Source of the DNA: a virus | Lineage: Duplodnaviria; Caudoviricetes | Length of the DNA stretch: 64,000 nucleotides | Virus record (IMG/VR): IMGVR_UViG_2840619991_000006 | Coordinates: 52,160 to 116,159 of that record | Direction: 5' to 3' (one strand) | Shown here: piece by piece, positions 50,469 to 57,917 of the stretch | Layout of the letters: the number at the start of each line of letters is the position of its first letter | Numbering within the stretch: the stretch's first letter is position 1 | Made by a program: the position numbers and the translations under genes | The notes under the pieces: generated by a model | Told to the model about the DNA's origin: nothing | Seen by the model: only the letters and a program-made list of their open reading frames with translations | Database searches by the model: none

Positions 50469-51893
50469 TCAGACGGCGGTGGTGACGCCGTTCGGTTCCC
50501 GGCGGAGCGTCAGGCCGAGATCCGCGTCGTCAGCGCAGGCCCGAGCCGGATCATCATGGCTGACTTCACCGCGCTCGCTGCGCGGGTGGATGCGCGGCCC
50601 GAACTGCTCGAACACCGCCATCCCAGAACGCTCTGCGGCGGCGACATCCTGGAGCGGTACAGGCTTGATGAGCGGGTCCCCGGAAATCTGTCCAGTGGTC
50701 AGAAACTCGCGGGCGAAGGCGAGCGCCTTCCCCAGAGTGGTGGCGAGCAGCCCGGCGCGCGAGCCGTCGCGCGCCGGGCAGGTGTCGGCGGTGTAGCTGG
50801 TGCCGGTGCGACGGAGGGTGACGTAGCGCAGCATCTGCGAGCCATCGAACAGGTGATCGGTTCTTGGCTCCGACGAGAAGACGCCGCCCCGTGGGTCGGC
50901 CAACATCGCCTCAGCAGCGCTCATGATGCTGTCGATATGACCGAACTGCGAGTGCCGGCCCAACGCGAGATGGAACCGAACATCCGCCAGCGCCTCGACG
51001 TGGATCACCACATCCGGCCCGCTCGCCAGCTCCGCCGTTCCGTCGGCGACCCATCCCCGCTCCAGCCCTGCCACCGTGGCATCCAGGTCGGCGCCCTCGA
51101 TGCGCGCCGGACGCAGCGCGGTCCAGAAGCTGAGCGGCTTCACCTCCACCAGCTGGCCGTCCGGTCCGGTCAGCGGTTCCGTGGCGAAGCCGGCCGCCAG
51201 ATCCGCCGGAATCTGCGTGGCCTTCAGGCGCAGGTGGAAGGCGATGGCCTCGATCATCTCCTCGGTGGTCACTTCGTCGCCGGGCGTCGGCACTTCGTCG
51301 CCGAGCAGGCTCTTCGCGACGGCGTACAGCATGCTCCGGGGATCGAAGTCCAGCTTCAGCGTCATGGTGACGGTCCGGTCCTCCGGCTCGCCGGCGGCCT
51401 TGAGCGCGACGGCGCCGATCTCCCGCATCACCGCGGCGTAGCGCTCCGGGTCGGCGGGATCGAGCAGGCCCAGCAGGTCGTGGATCGTGTCGCCATAGGT
51501 GGGCTCCCCGGTGCGCATCGACGGAGGGTTGACCGCGAAGACGCGGGAGGCGCCGCGCTCCGTCGCCCAGGACAGGAGGGCGCCGAACTGGTCGGCGGTC
51601 AGGCGCTCGGCGTTGCCGATCAGCAGTGCGTCGAAGGTGATGTCGGTTTCCGCCAGCATGTCTTCGGTCGCGTATCCGGCGAGGAACGTGACGCGGTCCG
51701 ACACCAGAAGGCCGAGCCGCTGAATCGCATTGGACATTTCGGCGTGGTCGAGGATGAACGCCGGGTTTCCGCCGTCGTGCACCAGACCGTTGCAGATGTG
51801 GAGGAGGGTGGAGGACAGGGCGTGCGTGCCGGTGGGACCGGTGATGGTGAAGACGCGCGGAAGCGTCCGCGCCTCGGTGGGCGTGTCGGTCAT
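50469..51893 (-). CDS. Hypothetical protein
   Basis: Long ORF with host-like codon use; no recognised family. Confidence 0.6.
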   Translation of the reverse strand: MTDTPTEARTLPRVFTITGPTGTHALSSTLLHICNGLVHDGGNPAFILDHAEMSNAIQRLGLLVSDRVTFLAGYATEDMLAETDITFDALLIGNAERLTADQFGALLSWATERGASRVFAVNPPSMRTGEPTYGDTIHDLLGLLDPADPERYAAVMREIGAVALKAAGEPEDRTVTMTLKLDFDPRSMLYAVAKSLLGDEVPTPGDEVTTEEMIEAIAFHLRLKATQIPADLAAGFATEPLTGPDGQLVEVKPLSFWTALRPARIEGADLDATVAGLERGWVADGTAELASGPDVVIHVEALADVRFHLALGRHSQFGHIDSIMSAAEAMLADPRGGVFSSEPRTDHLFDGSQMLRYVTLRRTGTSYTADTCPARDGSRAGLLATTLGKALAFAREFLTTGQISGDPLIKPVPLQDVAAAERSGMAVFEQFGPRIHPRSERGEVSHDDPARACADDADLGLTLRREPNGVTTAV

Positions 51894-52014
51894 GGCTGAA
51901 AGCCTCATGTCGGTGAGGAAAGGGGGCAGGACCGCCGAACCGCGGCGGTGTCGAAAATCGGTAGGCCGGATTGGACGTGGCGCCGGAATGGCGCCGTGTT
52001 ACGGTCGGGGCCTG

Positions 52015-52227
52015 ATGGACGACGCCACCGACACCCCGCTCTCTGACGATGACGCGCACGAGCGCTTGGTGCGGCTCGCGGACGAGCTATCCGCCGACGC
52101 CGCCCGGTGCGGGAACCAGCGCGCCCGCACCGCGCTTCAGGCGGGCGGTGAGGCGCTCTACCGGGTGGCGGAGCTGCTGCGGATTGGGATCGCGGTAACG
52201 GGAAAAGGAAAGGCGCCTCCCCGGTGA
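52015..52227 (+). CDS. Small hypothetical protein
   Basis: MDDATDTPLSDDDAHERL... helical ORF opposite the operon. Confidence 0.35.
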   Translation: MDDATDTPLSDDDAHERLVRLADELSADAARCGNQRARTALQAGGEALYRVAELLRIGIAVTGKGKAPPR

Positions 52228-52256
52228 CCAGGGCGGCGCGGGCCGGTGCCGGGTGA

Positions 52257-52502
52257 TCAGGTAACCGGGATGAAGTCGAGGAAGTAATCCTTGCCCGGTT
52301 CGAATGCCCCGAAAGCCTCCGGGTTGCTGATGGTCATGACCATGCTGCCGGCCGGCGTCGCCTTCGACCACTTGGCGTTCTCGCTGGTCGGGTCGTCGGA
52401 ATGAACGGCTTGGAGATTGACCATCTCGGACACCTTGTCCTTCGTGGTGTCGTCACGCGTCTCGATGACGCCATAGCAGCGGAACTTGGCACGGATGCTC
52501 AT
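52257..52502 (-). CDS. Conserved small phage protein
   Basis: IRAKFRC..ENAKWSKATPAG..GKDYFLDF; AAGGAGG RBS. Confidence 0.7.
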   Translation of the reverse strand: MSIRAKFRCYGVIETRDDTTKDKVSEMVNLQAVHSDDPTSENAKWSKATPAGSMVMTISNPEAFGAFEPGKDYFLDFIPVT

Positions 52503-52575
52503 GGAGCGCCCCTCCTTCAGGGCAGTGAAATGGCCGCTGGCGGGATGCCGGCGGCCTGAAGGTTCAATCGCCGGG

Positions 52576-53670
52576 TCAGCCGGGAACCGGAAAGGCCAGC
52601 ATGTCCAGCCAGCGATTCCCTGAACCCGTCAGCCGGATCTGCATCCAGCAGCGGCATTGGATGATGTTCTCCGCTTCCCCCTCCGGGTCCCGCGGGTAGA
52701 GCAGCGGGCCGAGCGGTGTCACGAAGGGTTCCTCCAGGCTGACACCATCCGGATTCAGGTCCGGGATTTCCTTGTGCCAGACCCTGGTCCGCTCATCGTC
52801 GGTGTCCATCCAGAACCGACGGATGCTGCCGTAGGGCAGGGCGCCCGTCGCCACGGCGTTCAGCAGGGCGGCATGCTGGCCGACGCTGGCGCTTCGCAGG
52901 CTTTCGGTGCGGCTCATCACCTCTGCCCGGTAGCGCAGGTACCGGTTGCTGTAGGCGGTGCCGGCCTTCTCCTGGATCGCTTCCGGAATCGGTTCGCCCG
53001 ACCGGATAGCCCGCAGCACCGCGGCGTCGTACCGGCGGTCGCGCAGTTCACGCCCGAGGTAGCGGCGCAGGGTTGGGGCATCGGTGGACGCCAACTCGTC
53101 CCGCGCCCGCTGGACGCTGCGGGCCTGGGTCTCGGTCAGGCCGAGGATGCCGCCCTCCCGCTCCCCGCTTTCCCCTATGCGGCCGCAGAGATCGAGGGCA
53201 GACTGCACCGGGTTGCGCCCGGCCTCCATCCCATCCTCGAGGAACGTCCGCACCCCGTCGCGGGTGTTGTCGTCGATCTCCCGGATCAGCCCCATGCCAT
53301 AGTCGCGGAGCGCCTTCTCCGCCGGCAGGTTCCGGATGCCGAAGGAGGCCAGCAACCGGGCATCCGAACCGGGTGGCAGGATGTCCTGCGATATGGCGTC
53401 GATGATAAGCCCGCGAACCCCGGCGTGGGTCTCCTGGCCACCGGCAACGAAGCCCTCGGCCATGGCGGCGCGGAAGCTGTTCAGCCAAGCCGGATCGTTC
53501 AGCCCAATCGCGTCGAGAACTCCGTCGACGTCGCCGTTCTCCAGCAGCGCCGCGATGCGGGCCGGGTCAGCCTGGGCCCGGAGCGCACGCACCGCCTTCA
53601 GGAACGCCTCGCGCATGCCCGGCTCCAGGCGCGCGGCGATGTCCTCCAGGTAGCTGTGGGGGAGCGGCAT
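52576..53670 (-). CDS. Phage head morphogenesis protein (MuF / SPP1 gp7 family)
   Basis: RAEVMSRTE, W....DERTR..H, YPRDP...IIQCRC. Confidence 0.88.
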   Translation of the reverse strand: MPLPHSYLEDIAARLEPGMREAFLKAVRALRAQADPARIAALLENGDVDGVLDAIGLNDPAWLNSFRAAMAEGFVAGGQETHAGVRGLIIDAISQDILPPGSDARLLASFGIRNLPAEKALRDYGMGLIREIDDNTRDGVRTFLEDGMEAGRNPVQSALDLCGRIGESGEREGGILGLTETQARSVQRARDELASTDAPTLRRYLGRELRDRRYDAAVLRAIRSGEPIPEAIQEKAGTAYSNRYLRYRAEVMSRTESLRSASVGQHAALLNAVATGALPYGSIRRFWMDTDDERTRVWHKEIPDLNPDGVSLEEPFVTPLGPLLYPRDPEGEAENIIQCRCWMQIRLTGSGNRWLDMLAFPVPG

Positions 53671-53785
53671 CGGCAGGTTCCTGGAATGCGGAAGGGCGCC
53701 CCAGACGGACGCCCGTTCGTTGGATAGCAAGAGGATTCGGGATGGGAGACTTTGGTCAGGAGGGGACCGGAGAAGAGTCCGGTCA

Positions 53786-53813
53786 AAATCCCATAAGTCC
53801 CATTATGTAAAAT
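53786..53813 (+). other. dif-like XerC/XerD recombination site
   Basis: AAATCCCATAA-GTCCCA-TTATGTAAAAT: 11-6-11 layout with CATAA and TTATGT.AAAT. Confidence 0.78.
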
Positions 53814-53950
53814 ACCGAAATGAGGTTTTCCAACGGCTTCCCGCAGGGTCGCCGCGACACCCCCATTCCTACGCTACATCTAGTGGGTCGTTTGGGCCGG
53901 TTTCGGCTGTTCTGCCGTCCTCACCGTTCCTACGCTGGGAACGAAAGCCG

Positions 53951-54104
53951 GGGCCTGCCCCGTCACAGTTCGGTTCAGCAGCGGCGCCTCGACTGGTCCA
54001 GGTGGCGGTCCCAGGCCGCGCTCACCACCCGGTTCCCGCGCGGACGGAAGAGGGACAGTTGCTTCCGTCCGCGCCTCGTCGCCGTTCCATGACGGGGCAG
54101 GCCC
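53951..54104. ncRNA. Candidate structured RNA or miniature IR element (~154 nt)
   Basis: Perfect 15-bp terminal IR GGGCCTGCCCCGTCA and a perfect 13-bp inner stem 54038-54074. Confidence 0.45.
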
Positions 54105-54346
54105 GCATCTTCGCACGTGTGTTATCAGAGCAGATAGATTGTGGCTAGCTACGCTGAGATCAGCGACGTGTACGTTAGCTAATCGGCAGGCCAGATGACC
54201 GCCATCCGCTTCAAGACGCTCAAGAATGAATTCAATCCCATCGAGATGAGCACGGTCGGCTCTACGTGCCAAGTCAGTCCGACGAAGTAACTGCGAGATG
54301 GTCGGCGGAGATCACTTTCGTGTGCCCGCCAACCATTCGTTTAACC

Positions 54347-55204
54347 TCATCTACCTTGCATTAGTTTCAGCCCAATCAAGCAAGCATTTTTTCCCTGGAT
54401 GATTGCCAAGTTGTTATCTGGATTTCTCTTGTTTTTTAGCAGGACAACGCCGGCCTCCTTATAATTGACCGAGTACTCCATCCCACCATCTCGTTTAAAG
54501 ATTTTTGCGACCTGCTCAGGTGCCTCCGCACCGTCGAACACGTCCTTAATTGGGAAGCAATCTTTATCAGGCAAGGAAACGATATACCAAGGTTCTTTGC
54601 TCTCTGTTTTCGGTTTTTTATCTGGATCTATTAATTTTTTTCTCCCGGTATCTTGAGAAAAATCTGTATTAACTTTCTGTTGCCACGCATTATCTAAAAT
54701 ATCCCTTATGTTCATGTCAAGAATATTGGAAGGACATTCATCTCTACATTTATTTTCTTCAGGCCTTCCGGTGAGAAGCGTCATATCTTCGAGCTTCACA
54801 ATATGATAAACACCTTGATCATTACAAATGAATCCCATGCACTCTGCAAACACAACAAACACGCTACCTAATTTGCTTTTAGCGCAATAAACCCGATTAA
54901 AGTCACCAAGTCCTGAATTTGATATGTTGAAATCAACTATTTTTCTCACATCTTTAACATAGTTAATAATCCTGATGAGTCCATTACTACCAAAGTACAG
55001 GCCGATATCCGGTGCTCTGTTGATGCCCAACATGCTAACCGAAGCTGGCCCACAATCGCCATACAGGTTGATAGATCCTTCCTGTTGGTGGATTTGCATT
55101 CCCCACTTGTTCAAATCTTGGGATAAATTCTGGGCCTGACATAATAATGGAGTCAGGAAACCGGCCATGATAATAACGATGGCAATTCGACCAACTAAGC
55201 GCAT
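54347..55204 (-). CDS. Low-GC exported hypothetical protein (moron)
   Basis: N-terminal signal peptide, several Cys, AT-rich codon use; GAGAGGAA RBS. Confidence 0.7.
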   Translation of the reverse strand: MRLVGRIAIVIIMAGFLTPLLCQAQNLSQDLNKWGMQIHQQEGSINLYGDCGPASVSMLGINRAPDIGLYFGSNGLIRIINYVKDVRKIVDFNISNSGLGDFNRVYCAKSKLGSVFVVFAECMGFICNDQGVYHIVKLEDMTLLTGRPEENKCRDECPSNILDMNIRDILDNAWQQKVNTDFSQDTGRKKLIDPDKKPKTESKEPWYIVSLPDKDCFPIKDVFDGAEAPEQVAKIFKRDGGMEYSVNYKEAGVVLLKNKRNPDNNLAIIQGKNACLIGLKLMQGR

Positions 55205-55527
55205 TCGGCATTCCTCTCATAGGTGCAACTAACTCATTTCAAATTTATCCCTATCAACAGCGTTTGAACAGGTCTGGGTCGCTTTGGGGGCACCCGTCAG
55301 TAACTTAAGTTTGTGGCTTAAACCGCCCTCGCCCCCGCAAGTCGTCATCCACCATCGCCTGCCTGTACCTGTTCGCCGAGATGCTAGCGATCCGGGCCGT
55401 GGTCGGTGCTGCCGTGGAGCGGGTCCGCAAGGCGGCGTGATCTTCGGGATTTCCGAATGGTCGTGCGCGGGCACGTTCGGCTGCTCCGAAGATGGCCAAC
55501 AGCGTCACACCCCTCTGGATCGGCTCC

Positions 55528-55556
55528 TTGAGGCAGTACTCGCGGCGAGTTAGTGT
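55528..55556 (+). promoter_or_regulatory. Sigma70-like promoter for RNA unit A
   Basis: TTGAGG-N17-TAGTGT; predicted start coincides with the 5' end of the unit (~55563). Confidence 0.6.
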
Positions 55557-55562
55557 CGCAGA

Positions 55563-55636
55563 GGTGGCGGCGTACTGTAAGGGATGCCGGGTAGCCTTCG
55601 GGTCCGTGGGGCGTGTTTCCCTCCCCAGCCGCCACC
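55563..55636 (+). ncRNA. Pseudoknotted small RNA, unit A
   Basis: P1 GGTGGCGGC/GCCGCCACC, cUUCGg hairpin, TGGGG/CCCCA hairpin, AGGGA/TCCCT pseudoknot. Confidence 0.75.
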
Positions 55637-55653
55637 GCTCGCCCCAGCCCGGC

Positions 55654-55682
55654 TTGAACCGAAGTCGGAATGAGGTTATATT
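55654..55682 (+). promoter_or_regulatory. Sigma70-like promoter for RNA unit B
   Basis: TTGAAC-N17-TATATT; predicted start coincides with the 5' end of the unit (~55689). Confidence 0.68.
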
Positions 55683-55688
55683 TCTATC

Positions 55689-55764
55689 AGACGCCGGCGA
55701 GAATTTGGCCATGCCGGGAACCCTTCGGGGCCGCTGGGATGTGTTGGCTCCCAGGCCGGCGTCT
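55689..55764 (+). ncRNA. Pseudoknotted small RNA, unit B
   Basis: P1 AGACGCCGGC/GCCGGCGTCT, CCC-TTCG-GGG hairpin, CTGGG/CCCAG hairpin, GGCCA/TGGCT pseudoknot. Confidence 0.75.
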
Positions 55765-55765
55765 C

Positions 55766-57886
55766 TCACTTTCCTACTGTCTTCCTTATCATCTCTCCAC
55801 GTTGGTAGAACCGTGGGAGGTCAGCGGGACGCATCCGCCGGAAAGATTGCAAATAAACTTCCTTCTGATCCTTGGTCACCTTGAGAGCGGCATACCACCA
55901 CTTATCATTGAGGTGGGCGACGATAACATGGTGCTCGCGGTCTGCTCTGACCTCGCCTCGATCAAGCACTTCCTGGAGGTTGGAGAAATCTTCCGCCGTC
56001 CAATTGTGATGCCCATGGGTGTCGCGCGTCGACGATGACAGAAAGACGCGGGTGGTCTTTGCTCCGAAGTGCGTTTGAATATCAACTGGCAGCCGCGCAA
56101 CGACGACGATGCCTGAGCCTTCAGATTCGAGAAAGTCCTTCAAGCTGCCACCGCCGCTACCACTTCCGGATTCCGGCCCGAAGGTAAACCGGCCACGGGC
56201 GTCGTGGTAGGGATTATGCTTGGCAACCCGCCCGCCTGGATCAAAAGGGCTTTGCCCGGCGCCGGGCAGGCCCCCTTCCGCCTTCTCGACGCTCTCCGGG
56301 ATCTCGCCGCCGGCCAGCACCGCCAGCGCCTCACGGTAGACCGGATCGTCGGGCCCCAGCGCGCCGAGGGCGGCGATGTCCTCCGGCTCCGCCTTGCTGA
56401 CGCTCGCCCTGGCGCCGGCGGCCCGTGACACCTTGCCGCCCGTGGGGGCGTCCGGCGCCGCATCGACCAACCCGCCGTCATCGGCCGGGGTCTCGGCTGG
56501 CTTCTTCGGCCTCTGCGCTGACGCGGCACCCTTCCCGGGCCGGTTGACCGCCGAGCCGCCTTCATCCCCCTGCCCTTCCAACTCCTTCGGCTTCAGCGGC
56601 AGGTCGGCCGCCGCCCGCAGGGCATCCTCCAGCGCGTCATCCATCACCATCCCGGCGCCGGTCATCGCCGTCAGGAAGGCGCCGAGCACCTGCAGGTTCG
56701 CCTTGTCGAGATCCCCCGGCACCGCCTTCGGCATGGTGTCGCGCGGCAGGCCGTTGACCGCCCACAGCCTGGGGATCACCACCCGGTTCACCGGCGCCGC
56801 GATGCCGCGCAGGAAGCTCATCACCGCTTCTCGCAGCAGGTTCGTCTTGTCGGTGGAGAGGTTCAGGGCGCCCTTGTTGTTGTGGCCGAGGAGGATGAAA
56901 TCCGCCAACGCGACCGACGCCATCTCCTGCTTCTTGCGCCCGATGATGGGGGAGAAATCTCCGCTGCGGCGGCCATCCGCCACGGTGTATCCGACCTTGT
57001 AGGCGTCGACCTTCTTGCCTTCCTTGTCGACGATCGTCGGCAGGAGAATGAAGCCGGCGCGGTCATCCGCCATCTCCTTGGCAAGCTGCTCCCATGACGC
57101 CCGCAGGCCCTTGTCTTTGTAGTCACCGACCGGGATCTCCAGCGTCACGATACCGCCGGCACGGACCGCGACGGAGGCCTCGGCGTTCTCGAACATGCGC
57201 AGCGCCGTGTAGGGCCGGACCGCGGGCTCCAGGATCGACTTGCCTTCCGGGTTGCCGCGGTTCGCGGTGGTGCGGATCAGCACCAGGCGCTCCATCGGGA
57301 TCGCCACCTCCCGGCCGCGCACCGGGTCGAGCTGGTAGAGGCCGAGCAGGTCGTCGGATTCCTGATCGAACCACCACCGCTGTACGGTGTCCTGAGACCG
57401 CAGCGCGATCTTCCGCAGCCCGATCTTGCCGTCGTTGTACTGGCTGCCGGCCAGCGGGTCGGCGCCCTTCGGCGTCCCGGTGCGCTTCCGGTAGACCATC
57501 TCGAAGGGCGCGAAGCCGTAGGGGAACATCGTCGCGGCGTCCGCGACAAAGTCCTCCCAGGTGTGCTCCATGTCCTCGAACAGTACCCCTTCCACGAAGT
57601 CGCGCGCCTCGCGGTGCGCCGGCGTGTCGCCGCTCGCCTCGATGCGCCAGGACACCGACCGGAACAGCGCCGTCAGCGCGAAGAGCATCGCCGCGATGGT
57701 CGGGTCCTTGGTCATCTCCCGGTATTTCCGGATGGCCTGGAGACCACGGAGCTGCGGGTCCTCATCATCGTAAATGTAGCCGCCCCAGTGGCGGAGACCG
57801 CCGCGGCCAACCTCGGTCAGCAGGCTCTGGCCGGAAGCGCTTCCCGCGTTCGAGCCCGCGGCCTTGGTGATCTGGTCATCGGACAT
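55766..57886 (-). CDS. Portal protein with C-terminal PBECR2-like nuclease extension
   Basis: After TerL; portal motifs YREMTKDP, YGFAPFE.VY, GNPEGKSIL; low-complexity linker; C-terminal ~110 aa ending WWYAALKVTKDQKEVYLQSFRR. Confidence 0.85.
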   Translation of the reverse strand: MSDDQITKAAGSNAGSASGQSLLTEVGRGGLRHWGGYIYDDEDPQLRGLQAIRKYREMTKDPTIAAMLFALTALFRSVSWRIEASGDTPAHREARDFVEGVLFEDMEHTWEDFVADAATMFPYGFAPFEMVYRKRTGTPKGADPLAGSQYNDGKIGLRKIALRSQDTVQRWWFDQESDDLLGLYQLDPVRGREVAIPMERLVLIRTTANRGNPEGKSILEPAVRPYTALRMFENAEASVAVRAGGIVTLEIPVGDYKDKGLRASWEQLAKEMADDRAGFILLPTIVDKEGKKVDAYKVGYTVADGRRSGDFSPIIGRKKQEMASVALADFILLGHNNKGALNLSTDKTNLLREAVMSFLRGIAAPVNRVVIPRLWAVNGLPRDTMPKAVPGDLDKANLQVLGAFLTAMTGAGMVMDDALEDALRAAADLPLKPKELEGQGDEGGSAVNRPGKGAASAQRPKKPAETPADDGGLVDAAPDAPTGGKVSRAAGARASVSKAEPEDIAALGALGPDDPVYREALAVLAGGEIPESVEKAEGGLPGAGQSPFDPGGRVAKHNPYHDARGRFTFGPESGSGSGGGSLKDFLESEGSGIVVVARLPVDIQTHFGAKTTRVFLSSSTRDTHGHHNWTAEDFSNLQEVLDRGEVRADREHHVIVAHLNDKWWYAALKVTKDQKEVYLQSFRRMRPADLPRFYQRGEMIRKTVGK

Positions 57887-57917
57887 CGGCAGGCTCTATC
57901 TGGTGCAGGTGGGTGGG

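Noticed and set aside
46864-50796. 1310-aa + strand ORF and other long antisense ORFs (e.g. 31618-33357, 24832-26211, 3567-5069)
   Set aside because: Shadow frames of well-supported genes in high-GC DNA, with no recognisable motifs
53951-54104. Retron msr-msd
   Set aside because: The IR-closed structure is superficially similar, but no reverse transcriptase is encoded in the window
55563-55764. The two RNA units as tRNAs, known ribozymes or simple terminators
   Set aside because: No T-loop/D-loop or CCA, no hammerhead or HDV core recognisable by eye, no U-tract; covarying pseudoknot and promoters argue against terminators. An Rfam scan is still needed.
55305-55769. 154-aa ORF downstream of the portal as a protein immunity gene
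   Set aside because: The translation is not protein-like, and the region is better explained by covarying RNA stems and opposite-strand promoters; not excluded without ribosome profiling
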